DNA of 64,000 nucleotides from Eubacteriales bacterium. GTDB lineage: Bacteria > Bacillota > Clostridia > Oscillospirales > CAG-272. A program made the position numbers and the translations under genes. Positions within the stretch are counted from its first letter, which is position 1. Each line of letters starts with the position of its first letter. The notes beneath the pieces were generated by a model. The model saw only the letters and a list, made by a program, of their open reading frames with translations, was not told the DNA's origin and did no database searches. The stretch lies in contig JAZOMG010000052.1 in assembly GCA_045653705.1 (NCBI GenBank), positions 31,877 to 95,876 on the forward strand, read 5' to 3'. Positions 36,790 to 46,498 of this stretch are shown here, piece by piece.

Positions 36790-37113
36790 ATGAAGCAAAA
36801 GTACACTATTACCATATCCGACGTTCAGATGAACGTTATCTCCGACGAGTCTCCCGAGGCGGTTGAAGCCCTTGTGGGTCTTGTTGACAGAAAAATGAGA
36901 GAGATAACGGGGGGCAGTAACCGTTTTCCGAAAAGCGAGGCGGCTCTTCTCTGCGCTCTCGATTACTGCTCCGACCGCATAAAATCTCAGCGTAAGGTAA
37001 AGGCGCTTGAAACCAAGCTTGCCTATACCGAGACTGCCCTCGAGGAGCTTGAGCTTGAAAACGAGCAGCTGAAAAAGGAAATCGAAGCTCTTAAAATGAT
37101 GGTGGCGAAATAA
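36790..37113 (+). CDS. zapA: Cell division protein ZapA
   Basis: 107 aa with an N-terminal ZapA fold pattern (YTITI.....N.....PE....L...VD..M.E......) and a C-terminal coiled coil. Confidence 0.85.
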   Translation: MKQKYTITISDVQMNVISDESPEAVEALVGLVDRKMREITGGSNRFPKSEAALLCALDYCSDRIKSQRKVKALETKLAYTETALEELELENEQLKKEIEALKMMVAK

Positions 37114-37208
37114 TACTTTTTGCCTGACGGCAAAAGCAGATTAATGTAGATTAATTGAATATAGATTTCGAAGTAGTTTAAGTTATATGTGTAACGGTCG
37201 CATACATT

Positions 37209-37391
37209 AGCCTTCCCCAGCGGGGAAGGTGGCAGCCGCTTGTCGGCTGACGGATGAGGAGAGCAAGTTAATGTGTTGACCAAGGATGTATTAAGTTTAT
37301 TTTCACAGGATTTATTACGTCTTGTTGAGAAAGGCGTTTAGTGTTCTCCTCATCCACCGCTTTGCGGTCCCCCTTCCCCGCTGGGGAAGGC
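37209..37391. repeat. ~180-bp element with compound inverted arms (H1 hairpin + second hairpin + GGATGAGGAGA / TCTCCTCATCC)
   Basis: Left arm 37209-37265 is GCCTTCCCCAGCGGGGAAGG-TGG-CAGCCGCTTGTCGGCTG-ACGGATGAGGAGAGC. Right arm 37341-37391 is GTTCTCCTCATCCACCGCTTTGCGGT-CCC-CCTTCCCCGCTGGGGAAGGC. It has the same modules as 10202-10330 in swapped order. A family 1 hairpin lies at 37117-37136. Confidence 0.75.
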
Positions 37392-37444
37392 TTTAAATCA
37401 GTTTGCTATAATGCCGCATTTCGCACTTGTAGAAAGGATTGTTT

Positions 37445-39472
37445 ATGTCGAACAAACCGAATATTCCCGAGCTGCTCTGTCCCGCAGGCTCTCCCGAGGC
37501 GTTTTCTGCCGCTATCGAGGGCGGGGCTGATGCAATATACGTTGGCGGTACGGCCTTTAACGCCCGCATAAACGCTAAGAACTTCACCGCAGAGGAGCTG
37601 AGGGAAGCAATAAAATTAGCCCATTCCTACGGCGTAAAGGTCTACGTGGCTGCAAACACCCTTATATACGATCGCGAGCTTGGCGATATGCTCCGCGCCG
37701 CACAGGATGCCTACCTTTGCGGAGCAGACGCCCTTATAGTCGCCGACCTCGGCGCGGCGAAAATGATACGGGAGCGTATGCCTATCCCGCTTCACGCAAG
37801 CACACAGGTGTCGGGGCATTGCGCCGATGCGGCCAAGCGCCTGTCGGAGCTTGGCTTTAGCCGTATGGTTTGCGCCAGAGAAATGAGCCGCGACGACCTT
37901 GCGGAATTTGTAAAAAGCTCCCCCATAGAAGCAGAGGTCTTCGTTCACGGAGCGCTCTGCGTATGCCATTCGGGACAGTGCCCTTTCTCCTCTCTCGTAG
38001 GCGGCAGAAGCGGCAACCGAGGCGAGTGCGCCCAGCCCTGCCGTCTCCCCTTTAAAAATCCTAAGGGTAACGGCTATCCCCTGTCTCTTAAAGACCTTTC
38101 ACTTGCCCAGCATATCCCCGAGCTTTGTAATATGGGTGTGGCTTCCTTTAAAATAGAGGGTCGGATGAAATCCCCCGAATACGTAAGAGACGTGGCGCGG
38201 ATATGGCGCAGACTTATAGACGAAAAACGTGGGGCTGACAAAAAGGAAATGGCAGACCTTGCCGAGATATTCTCCAGAGGCGGATTTACCGACGGATATT
38301 ATCTGAAAAACATAAACGGCAAAATGCTTGGCGTGAGAAGCGAGGCAGATAAGAAAAACAGCCGAGCCCTCGTGCCCTTTGAGAAAATAACGAGAAAAAT
38401 CCCCCTTTGCCTGTCCGCGCGCCTGATCGCGGGCGAGCCTATGACCCTCACTGCCAATGACGGCAGAAGGAGCGTTACGGTTAGCGGTGCTGTGCCCGAG
38501 GAAGCTCACACAGCCCCCCTTACCCCGGAAGCCGTAAGGAAAAATCTCTCCAAGCTGGGCAATACTCCCTATGAGCTAGAGGAAATAAATATAACCCTCG
38601 GAGAGAATATAATAGTACCCGTGTCGGCAATAAACGCGCTTCGCCGCTCGGCTATCGATGGGCTTCTGCAAGAGGAGCTTCCCAAAAGGGAAAGCCTTTT
38701 CGAGCCTGCGCCGAAAGTAAGCGCCATCGCCCAAAAGCCAAGAATAACGGGCAACACAGCACTTTTTTACTTCCCCGAAAGAATACCGAAAGAGGCATAT
38801 GAGTTTTTTGACACTCTCTATGTTCCCCTTGAAAAATATAGCGGAGAAACAGCGGGCGTTGCACTGCCACCCGTAATTTTTGACAGCGAAAGAGAGAAGA
38901 TAAAAGGGCTTTTGAAAAAAGCCAAGGAGCTTGGCGCTACCAATGCCCTTGTAGGCAATATAGGGCATATTTCCCTTGCTAAAGAGGCAGGGCTTGCGGC
39001 TCGGGGCGATTTGAGACTTAATATAACAAACAGCGAGACGGCGGCAGAGCTTGACAGAAACGGATTTTTTGACCTTGTTCTTTCCCCCGAGCTTACCTTG
39101 GCTCAAATGAGGGATATAGCTCGCGCCTGTCCTACGGCAAGAACGGTGATATACGGCAGAGTTCCCCTTATGGTAACCGAAAAATGCGTGGGTCGGGAAA
39201 TAGGCGATTGCAACAGCTGCGAGAGCGGAAAAAGCTTTCTTACCGACCGCCGCGGCGTAAGATTTCCCGTGCTTCGCAGCTTTGAGCATAGGAGTATAAT
39301 AGTAAATTCCATTCCTCATTATATGGCTGACAGACAAGCCGAGCTTGAACGCTTTGGGCTGTCGGCAGGGCACTTTATATTTACCACCGAAAGCGCAGAG
39401 GAAATCAAAAAGGTGATAAACGCCTATAAAATGTCGTTGCCCGCAAATTTTGACGTAAGACGGATAAAATAA
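37445..39472 (+). CDS. Peptidase U32 family protein (collagenase-like / RNA hydroxylation family), long form
   Basis: PELLCPAGS.EA..AA...GADAIY.GG..FNAR and E.F.HGALC...SGQC..S. I prefer ATG 37445 (MSNKPNIPELL) over the TTG at 37439. Confidence 0.85.
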   Translation: MSNKPNIPELLCPAGSPEAFSAAIEGGADAIYVGGTAFNARINAKNFTAEELREAIKLAHSYGVKVYVAANTLIYDRELGDMLRAAQDAYLCGADALIVADLGAAKMIRERMPIPLHASTQVSGHCADAAKRLSELGFSRMVCAREMSRDDLAEFVKSSPIEAEVFVHGALCVCHSGQCPFSSLVGGRSGNRGECAQPCRLPFKNPKGNGYPLSLKDLSLAQHIPELCNMGVASFKIEGRMKSPEYVRDVARIWRRLIDEKRGADKKEMADLAEIFSRGGFTDGYYLKNINGKMLGVRSEADKKNSRALVPFEKITRKIPLCLSARLIAGEPMTLTANDGRRSVTVSGAVPEEAHTAPLTPEAVRKNLSKLGNTPYELEEINITLGENIIVPVSAINALRRSAIDGLLQEELPKRESLFEPAPKVSAIAQKPRITGNTALFYFPERIPKEAYEFFDTLYVPLEKYSGETAGVALPPVIFDSEREKIKGLLKKAKELGATNALVGNIGHISLAKEAGLAARGDLRLNITNSETAAELDRNGFFDLVLSPELTLAQMRDIARACPTARTVIYGRVPLMVTEKCVGREIGDCNSCESGKSFLTDRRGVRFPVLRSFEHRSIIVNSIPHYMADRQAELERFGLSAGHFIFTTESAEEIKKVINAYKMSLPANFDVRRIK

Positions 39473-39490
39473 AGCGCTGACCTTTCAAAA

Positions 39491-39528
39491 AGCTCCCCGC
39501 GATATCCAAAATGTCGCGGAGAGCTTTT
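39491..39528 (+). terminator. Rho-independent terminator after the U32 gene
   Basis: AGCTCCCCGCGA...TCGCGGAGAGCT stem followed by TTT. Confidence 0.6.
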
Positions 39529-39554
39529 AAAGCTTTTAATTTGTGAAACAAATC

Positions 39555-39583
39555 TTGACAACGAAAAAGATTTGTGTTATAAT
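39555..39583 (+). promoter_or_regulatory. Consensus extended -10 promoter ~205 nt upstream of tRNA-Pro
   Basis: TTGACA (39555-39560), 17-nt spacer ending TGT, TATAAT (39578-39583). Confidence 0.65.
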
Positions 39584-39789
39584 ATCATAGCAAATCCCCG
39601 GAGGGGAGCCCCCGCGGGCAAAAAGGCGCTTCGCGCCAATGTCGAAATCTCGAAAGTCCCTGCAAACCCTTAACAAAAGTCCCTGAAAATACTGCATATA
39701 ATGGTAGTAACTAATCTTATAAAATTCCCGATATAAGTGGTCTGACCACATGTTTGACCCCTTATAGAAAATACCCCTAAAACCACCAT

Positions 39790-39866
<77 letters not shown>

Positions 39867-39917
39867 AAAAACAACCGATTTCAAGGTGTTTTCACCTTGG
39901 TTTCGGTTGTTTTTTTA
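39867..39917 (+). terminator. Rho-independent terminator after tRNA-Pro
   Basis: AACAACCGATTTCAAGGTG-TTTT-CACCTTGGTTTCGGTTGTT followed by TTTTT. Confidence 0.8.
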
Positions 39918-40221
39918 TGCTTTCTGCACAAACGGGCATTTTTTTGACCACAATTTGACCAGAATTGTTTTTGGCATTTTTCGCCGATTTGATTGTTTGG
40001 CTCTCCACCCCTCAAAATCGATATTTTTATACAGGTTCGAACGCTTTTCAGCCTGTAACTTATCTATCATACATTCGAGACAGCCCATTTCGATTGAAGC
40101 TTGTCGATTTGTGCTTTGCAAAATAAAAATCAAGGGGAAAGCAGCTTAAAAACTAACCGCCCCTTGCATATTTGGAAAAAATATGGTATAATGGGAGTGA
40201 ATAAAGCTTAAGGAGATTTTT

Positions 40222-42393
40222 ATGGGAGACAAGAAGATAAACATAAAGGAATTAATTTCAAAAATGACCGTTGAGGAGAAGATAGGACAGCTTCTCCAGC
40301 TTAACGCGAATTTTTTTGCGGACAGCCAAGCCGACATAACAGGACCTTGGGAGAAGCTTGGTATTGACAAGGACGCCCTGAAGTATGTGGGAAGCACCCT
40401 TAACTTTCACGGCGCGGACGAAATGATCGCCATTCAGAAAAAGCATATGGATGAAGACCCCAACAAGATACCCATGCTCTTTATGATGGACGTTATCCAC
40501 GGCTACCGCACTATCTACCCCATACCTTTGGGACTTGGCGCGTCCTTTGACCCCGAGCTTGTGTCGGATTGCTCCAAGATGGCGGCAAAGGAAGCCTCGG
40601 CGGGCGGTATACAGGTGACCTTTACGCCTATGGTAGACTACGTTCGCGATGCCCGTTGGGGAAGAGTTATGGAGACCTGCGGTGAGGACCCTCTGCTCAA
40701 TTCGGTAATGGGAGCGGCTCAGGTAAAGGCGTTTCAGGGTGAGGATCTCTCTGATCCCGACAATCTCGCCACCTGTGTAAAGCACTTTGCGGCATACGGC
40801 GGAGCAGAGGCGGGAAGAGACTACAATACCGTAGAGATATCCGAAAGACTGCTGAGAGAATACTATCTGCCTGCGTATAAGGCGTGTATCGATGCGGGTG
40901 TTACCATGCTTATGCCTTCCTTCAATTCCCTTAACGGAGTACCCTCTATTGCCAACAAGTGGCTTATGAGAAAGGTGCTTAAGGACGAATGGGGCTTTAA
41001 GGGCGTTGTTATCAGCGACTATAACGCCATAGGCGAGCTTCGCAAGCACGGGATTACCGACAGCACAAAGGAAGCGGCGGAGATGTCCTTTAACTGCGGC
41101 TGTGACATAGAAATGATGTCCATTACTTACTATCTCCACTTAAAGGAGCTTATAGAAGAGGGGAGAGTGAAAATGGCTGACCTTGACGGGGCTGTGGAGC
41201 GTATACTTGTGCTTAAGGAAGCCCTTGGTCTGTTCGATGACCCCACAAGAGGGGCATCGGCAGAAAAGGAAGCGGCGGTATGCCTGACAGCGGAGCATAG
41301 AGCTATTGCCCGCAGAGCGGCTGTAGAGTCGGCTGTGCTTCTTAAGAATGATGGCACTCTTCCTTTCTCCGAGAATACAAGGAAGATCGCTCTCATAGGT
41401 CCTTTTGCCGACAGCAAGGAAATAAAGGGCTTCTGGGCGTGCTGCGGAAAGGACGAGGAATGCGTAAGCGTTGCCGAGGGAGTTCGGGCGCTTCTTCCCG
41501 ATGCCGAGATAATCGTGGCAAAGGGTTGCTCGGCTCAGTGGAACGAGCTTGAGCGCGACGGCTTTGACGAGGCGCTGGCGGCGGCTCGGGAGGCTGACGC
41601 CGTGGTGCTTTGTCTCGGTGAGCCTCAGAGATACAGCGGCGAGGGCAACAGCCGCGCGGACATCGGGCTGACGGGTGTTCAGGACGAGCTTGCAAGGCTT
41701 GTTCTTGAGGTCAATAAGAATACAGCCGCTCTTGTTTTCAGCGGCAGACCCCTGACACTTACCGCTCTTGATGCTATATGTCCCGCTATCCTTGAGATGT
41801 GGTTCCCGGGAAGCGAGGGCGGCTCGGCGGCGGCAGAGCTTCTCTTTGGCAGAGCTAACCCCTCGGGTAAGGTGTCTATGAGCTTCCCCAAGGCGGTAGG
41901 TCAGTGTCCTATCTATTACAACCATCCGTCCACAGGCAGACCCAAAAAGACGGCAGAGGACGTTCATCAGGCATACGCGTCAAATTATATAGGCTGCGGA
42001 AATCTTCCTCTCTATCCCTTTGGACACGGACTTTCCTATACCGAGTTTGTCTACGAGACCATGGAGCTTGACAGCCGTGAGCTGACGGCTGACGGCAAGA
42101 TAACCGTTAAGATAAGGATAAGAAACGCAGGAGACAGAGACGGCAAGGAGACGGTACAGCTCTATATTCACGACCTTTTCGCATCCACCGTAAGACCTAT
42201 ACAGCAGCTTGTTGCCTTTGAAAAGGTAGAAATAAAGGCGGGCGAGACAAAGACGGTGACCTTTGAGATAAGCGAGCCTATGCTCCGCTTCTGGGATGCC
42301 GAGTGCAATTTCGTTTCAGAGGTCGGAGATTTTGACCTGTTCGTGGGCTACGCGGACCATCCCTACATAAAGGAGAGCTTCAGATTGATATGA
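40222..42393 (+). CDS. Glycoside hydrolase family 3 beta-glucosidase (BglX-like)
   Basis: 723 aa. ...MMDVIHGYRT.YP.PLG..ASFD, GFKGVVISDY (nucleophile Asp), GHGLSYTEF, C-terminal Fn3-like domain. Confidence 0.9.
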   Translation: MGDKKINIKELISKMTVEEKIGQLLQLNANFFADSQADITGPWEKLGIDKDALKYVGSTLNFHGADEMIAIQKKHMDEDPNKIPMLFMMDVIHGYRTIYPIPLGLGASFDPELVSDCSKMAAKEASAGGIQVTFTPMVDYVRDARWGRVMETCGEDPLLNSVMGAAQVKAFQGEDLSDPDNLATCVKHFAAYGGAEAGRDYNTVEISERLLREYYLPAYKACIDAGVTMLMPSFNSLNGVPSIANKWLMRKVLKDEWGFKGVVISDYNAIGELRKHGITDSTKEAAEMSFNCGCDIEMMSITYYLHLKELIEEGRVKMADLDGAVERILVLKEALGLFDDPTRGASAEKEAAVCLTAEHRAIARRAAVESAVLLKNDGTLPFSENTRKIALIGPFADSKEIKGFWACCGKDEECVSVAEGVRALLPDAEIIVAKGCSAQWNELERDGFDEALAAAREADAVVLCLGEPQRYSGEGNSRADIGLTGVQDELARLVLEVNKNTAALVFSGRPLTLTALDAICPAILEMWFPGSEGGSAAAELLFGRANPSGKVSMSFPKAVGQCPIYYNHPSTGRPKKTAEDVHQAYASNYIGCGNLPLYPFGHGLSYTEFVYETMELDSRELTADGKITVKIRIRNAGDRDGKETVQLYIHDLFASTVRPIQQLVAFEKVEIKAGETKTVTFEISEPMLRFWDAECNFVSEVGDFDLFVGYADHPYIKESFRLI

Positions 42394-43226
42394 AAGAGAT
42401 AAAATACAGATATATCGTTTCCAGCGACCTTGACGGAACGCTGCTTGACAAGGGAGAGAAGCTCAGCCCCGAAAACGCGGCGGCAATAGCCGAGATGGGG
42501 AAGAGGGGGATATGCTTTGTTCCCAATTCGGGAAGGACCTTTTCCGAAATGCCCGAGGTGGTTTTGAATAACCCCGATATAAGATACTACATCGGGGGTG
42601 ACGGGTCGGCTATATGGGATAAGGAAACAGGAGAGCTTTTTGAGCTGGCTATGTCAAAAGACGAGGCGAAGCCTGTTCTCGATATTTTGTTTAGCTACGA
42701 TACCGTTGATACGGTAAGATACAAGGGTCGCTCCTATGCCGACGCGGAAAAGTACGGAGTTGAGAATTACGATGCCCACCGTCTCAGCCGTTCATATACT
42801 GAATTTATCGGCTACTACGTGGATAAGGTGGATGATTTTCAGAATTTTGTCAGAGGGCTTGACAGCATCGAGATGATATGCTCTTATTTTCTGAGTGACA
42901 AAGAGCTTAATGAGTGCCGCGAGAGAGTAGAAGCCCTTGGCGATTATAAGGTGGCATCCTCCGAGCCTACTAACATTGAGATATTCCACAAAAGAGCGGG
43001 TAAGGGTAACGGCATGCTTGCCCTTGCCGATAGGCTTTCTGTGCCGAGGGAGAATACTGTTGCCGTGGGCGATAGCATAAACGACCTGGATATGCTGGAA
43101 AAGGCGGGTATCTCCTTAGCTATGGGGAACGGAATGGACGAGGTCAAGGCGGTATCCCACCGCACTATTTGCCGCTGTGAGGAGCATTCGGCGAAATATA
43201 TTCTCGAAAATATCATAGGAAAATGA
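42390..43226 (+). CDS. Cof-type HAD-IIB family hydrolase
   Basis: SDLDGTLL (motif I), ...NSGR (II), KG.G...L.......E...A.GDS.ND..M (III/IV). ATGA overlap with the GH3 gene. Confidence 0.85.
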   Translation: MKEIKYRYIVSSDLDGTLLDKGEKLSPENAAAIAEMGKRGICFVPNSGRTFSEMPEVVLNNPDIRYYIGGDGSAIWDKETGELFELAMSKDEAKPVLDILFSYDTVDTVRYKGRSYADAEKYGVENYDAHRLSRSYTEFIGYYVDKVDDFQNFVRGLDSIEMICSYFLSDKELNECRERVEALGDYKVASSEPTNIEIFHKRAGKGNGMLALADRLSVPRENTVAVGDSINDLDMLEKAGISLAMGNGMDEVKAVSHRTICRCEEHSAKYILENIIGK

Positions 43227-43244
43227 TAAATTTCGATAAATCTC

Positions 43245-43273
43245 TTGACATAGTAAAAAATATATGTTATCAT
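43245..43273 (+). promoter_or_regulatory. Promoter of the liv-type ABC transporter operon
   Basis: TTGACA (43245-43250), 17-nt spacer ending TGT, TATCAT (43268-43273). Confidence 0.55.
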
Positions 43274-43332
43274 ACAATGTATGAAAGGTATTAACTGCGC
43301 CTTTTAAAAAAATTATACGAGGTATTATCAAA

Positions 43333-44490
43333 ATGAAAAAGACAGTTTTAAAGCTCATTTCAATCAGCTTGTGTCTCATTTTCGCTCTCTGCGCGTTTGC
43401 CGCATGTGGTGAAAAGACTGAAAGAGACACATATGTTATCGGTCTTTCCGGTCCTCTTACGGGCGGCGCGGCTGTTTACGGTGTAGCCGTAAAGAACTCC
43501 GCTGAGCTTGCCGTAAAGGAAATCAACGAGGCAGGCGGACTTGACGGCGTTAAGTTCGAGCTCGTTGCTCTTGACGACCAGCACGACCCCTCTAAGGTAG
43601 AGGCTAACTACGCAAGCATGATGGATAAGGGTATGCACGTATCTCTCGGATGCGTAACCACCAATCCCTGCCTTGAGTTCGCGGCTCTCTCCGAGGCTGA
43701 CAACGTATTCTTCCTTACCCCCTCTGCATCCGCTAACAGCGTTGTTGACGCAGCTAACGCATACCAGATGTGCTTTGCTGACGGTAACCAGGGTACTGTT
43801 GCCGCTGAGTACGTAAACTCTCTCGGTCTTAGCGAGATCGGTATCTTCTACAAGTCCGATGACAACTACTCCAAGGGTATCTACGACCAGTTCAAGGATT
43901 CTCTTAACAGCTCCGTAAAGACTGTAGAGGCTACCTTTACAGGTGAGGCTACAGACTTCACAACTCAGGTTGATATGCTCAAGGGCTGTGAGTTCATCTT
44001 TATGCCTATCTACTACACCCCCGCATCTAACTTTATGCTTTCCGCTAAGGGTAAGGTTGCGGACAACGCTACTTACTACGGCTGCGACGGTTTTGACGGT
44101 ATCGAGTCCGCTGACGGATTTGACATCACAACTATCCCCCAGAAGGTTACAATGCTTTCTCACTTCAACTCCAAGGCTACCGACGGTAAGGCAGGCGATT
44201 TCGTTACCAAGTACACAGCAGCTTACGGCACAGATACTCTCAACCAGTTCGGTGCATCTGCTTACGACTGCGTATACGCTATCTTCAACGCAATGAAGGC
44301 AGCTAAGGAAGCAGGCAAGGACGTTAATCCCAATATGTCCGCAGACGACCTTTGCGAGATACTTAAGGAACAGTTCAACGGCGGCTTCACCTACGACGGT
44401 GTTACCGGTAACGGCATCAAGTGGGCTTCCACCGGCTACGTTGAAAAGAGCGCTATCGCTTACGTTATCAAGGAAGCTGACAACGCGTAA
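43333..44490 (+). CDS. Branched-chain amino acid-type ABC transporter substrate-binding lipoprotein (LivJ/K family)
   Basis: Lipobox LCAFAACG; ...IGLSGPLTGGAAVYG.....A.LAV.EIN.AGG..G......DDQ.D family I PBP pattern. Confidence 0.85.
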   Translation: MKKTVLKLISISLCLIFALCAFAACGEKTERDTYVIGLSGPLTGGAAVYGVAVKNSAELAVKEINEAGGLDGVKFELVALDDQHDPSKVEANYASMMDKGMHVSLGCVTTNPCLEFAALSEADNVFFLTPSASANSVVDAANAYQMCFADGNQGTVAAEYVNSLGLSEIGIFYKSDDNYSKGIYDQFKDSLNSSVKTVEATFTGEATDFTTQVDMLKGCEFIFMPIYYTPASNFMLSAKGKVADNATYYGCDGFDGIESADGFDITTIPQKVTMLSHFNSKATDGKAGDFVTKYTAAYGTDTLNQFGASAYDCVYAIFNAMKAAKEAGKDVNPNMSADDLCEILKEQFNGGFTYDGVTGNGIKWASTGYVEKSAIAYVIKEADNA

Positions 44491-44513
44491 TCTAAGCTAA
44501 AACAACTTTACTA

Positions 44514-44543
44514 TTTGCTGACGCGGGGACCCGCGTCAGCAAA
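44514..44543 (+). promoter_or_regulatory. Intra-operon stem-loop between the binding-protein gene and the permease genes
   Basis: TTTGCTGACGCGG-GGAC-CCGCGTCAGCAAA is a perfect 13-bp stem with no strong U tract. It could be a partial terminator or mRNA stabiliser. Confidence 0.5.
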
Positions 44544-44576
44544 TTGTCATCATTACACTAAATTTAAGGAAAAACT

Positions 44577-45455
44577 ATGGGATTTTTAACAGCGATAATA
44601 AACGGGTTAAGCGCAGGCGGAACGTACGCTATAATAGCACTCGGCTATACTATGGTTTACGGAATCGCAAAAATGCTTAACTTCGCCCACGGCGATATAA
44701 TTATGGCCGGTGGATATACGATGTACATAGTGTTGGCGGCAGGCGGACACCCTCTGCTGGGACTTTTGGCAGCAATCGCCTTTTGTGTCATTTTGGGTGT
44801 TGTTATTGAAAAGCTTGCTTATAAGCCGCTTCGAGGCGCGGCTTCTTTGGCGGTGCTTATTACCGCTATCGGTATGAGCTACCTGCTGCAAAGCGTGGCT
44901 CAGATAATATTCGGTTCTTCCCCCAAAATACTTTCTCCCTTACAGATAGTTGGCGGATTTAATATAGGGGGAGTTATAACTGTCGACTACACGACTGTTC
45001 TTACCATAGGAGTTACCGTTGTTGTTATGACGGTGCTTACCCTATTTATAAAATTGTCAAAAACAGGCCGCGCAATGGTTGCCGTTTCCGAGGACAGAGA
45101 CGCGGCGACCCTTATGGGCATAAATACCAACGCCGTTATAACGGTAACCTTTGCAATAGGTTCAGCCCTTGCGGCGCTTGCGGGTTATCTTATGCTTTGC
45201 AAAGCCCCCGGCCTTTCAAATACCCTTGGAGCGATGCCCGGTATCAAGGCGTTTACCGCCGCGGTAATAGGCGGTATCGGCTCTATCCCCGGAGCGATGG
45301 TGGGAGGAATACTTCTCGGTGTCGTTGAGAGTATTTCCAACAGTATTCCCGCTCTCGCGCCCTATACCGATGCGGTAGAGTTCGCTATACTTATCGTTCT
45401 TCTGCTTGTTAGACCCTCGGGAATTCTTGGAAAGATGAGGAGGGAAAAGGTATGA
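44577..45455 (+). CDS. Branched-chain amino acid ABC transporter permease (LivH family)
   Basis: 292 aa. ...YA.IALGYTMVYG....NFAHGD family pattern. Confidence 0.88.
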   Translation: MGFLTAIINGLSAGGTYAIIALGYTMVYGIAKMLNFAHGDIIMAGGYTMYIVLAAGGHPLLGLLAAIAFCVILGVVIEKLAYKPLRGAASLAVLITAIGMSYLLQSVAQIIFGSSPKILSPLQIVGGFNIGGVITVDYTTVLTIGVTVVVMTVLTLFIKLSKTGRAMVAVSEDRDAATLMGINTNAVITVTFAIGSALAALAGYLMLCKAPGLSNTLGAMPGIKAFTAAVIGGIGSIPGAMVGGILLGVVESISNSIPALAPYTDAVEFAILIVLLLVRPSGILGKMRREKV

Positions 45456-46498
45456 GCGGACGTAAGAATATACTTAAAAGGATACAGTGGAAGAATTATG
45501 TTGGCTACGTGGCTGTTGCCGCTGTTCTCATAATCTTCGGAATACAGTCGCTTACAGGCACAATAGGACGCTCGGATACCGTTATACTTGAAAAGATAGC
45601 TATCGCTATAATGCTTGCTATGTCTCTCGGACTTGTTGTAGGACACTTGGGCGAGCTTTCTCTCGGACACGCGGGCTTTATGTGTATCGGCGCTTACCTT
45701 GGCGGTAAGGTAGCAACCCTCTTAGAGCCATCTCTCGGAAACGGTCTGCTTACCCTTATTATCGCCGTTATCGCGGGCGGCTCTGTGGCGGCGCTTTTCG
45801 GAATGATAATCGGTCTGCCCGCTCTCAGATTGCGCGGAGACTATCTGGCAATAGTTACTCTCGCTTTCGGAGAGATAATCAGAACGGTCATTATGAACCT
45901 GCCCGAAAACCTATTTGGAGGAACGACAGGTCTTAAGACCCCCAGATACGATAACAAACATCTCTTTATAATAGCCTTTGTTCTGGTTATTATATGCCTT
46001 GCGGTAATTCAGAATCTTTTGCGCAGTAAGCACGGAAGAGCTATTACGGCTATCCGTGACAACGAAATAGCGGCAAGGGCTATGGGTATCGACGTAACAA
46101 GATATAAGCTTCTCGTTTTCGTTGTTTCCTCGTTTTTTGCGGGTGTTGCGGGAGTTCTTTACGGCTATACACAGTCCCGTGTACAGAGCGCAAGCTTCGA
46201 CTACAACTACTCCATAGAGATACTCGTTATGGTCGTTCTTGGCGGTATAGGAAGCATAAACGGCTCTATGATAGCCGCAACCCTTATTACCTTCCTTAAC
46301 ATCAAGCTTCAGACAAAGCTTGAGGGCGACCTTGCGGTGCTTCAGAATCTCTTCTACGCCATCATACTTATACTTATCGTTATCTACGGCAACGCGCCCG
46401 CGCTGAAATCCTTCCGTGAGCGTTATAACGTAAAGGCGATAGCCGCAAAGGTGTTCAAGAGGAAAAAGAAAGTGAAGAAAGGGGCTGCCGAGGAATGA
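45452..46498 (+). CDS. Branched-chain amino acid ABC transporter permease (LivM family)
   Basis: 348 aa. ...GELSLGHAGFM.IGAY....., LRLRGDYLAIVTL.FGEI. Confidence 0.88.
   Translation: MSGRKNILKRIQWKNYVGYVAVAAVLIIFGIQSLTGTIGRSDTVILEKIAIAIMLAMSLGLVVGHLGELSLGHAGFMCIGAYLGGKVATLLEPSLGNGLLTLIIAVIAGGSVAALFGMIIGLPALRLRGDYLAIVTLAFGEIIRTVIMNLPENLFGGTTGLKTPRYDNKHLFIIAFVLVIICLAVIQNLLRSKHGRAITAIRDNEIAARAMGIDVTRYKLLVFVVSSFFAGVAGVLYGYTQSRVQSASFDYNYSIEILVMVVLGGIGSINGSMIAATLITFLNIKLQTKLEGDLAVLQNLFYAIILILIVIYGNAPALKSFRERYNVKAIAAKVFKRKKKVKKGAAEE

Noticed and set aside
39915-40133. A 72-aa minus-strand ORF next to tRNA-Pro, considered as a possible integrase/recombinase remnant.
   Set aside because: No tyrosine- or serine-recombinase motifs (R..H..R..Y; catalytic Ser region) and no RBS. 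The sequence is AT-rich and probably non-coding. Only the att-like short direct repeats are kept as an observation.
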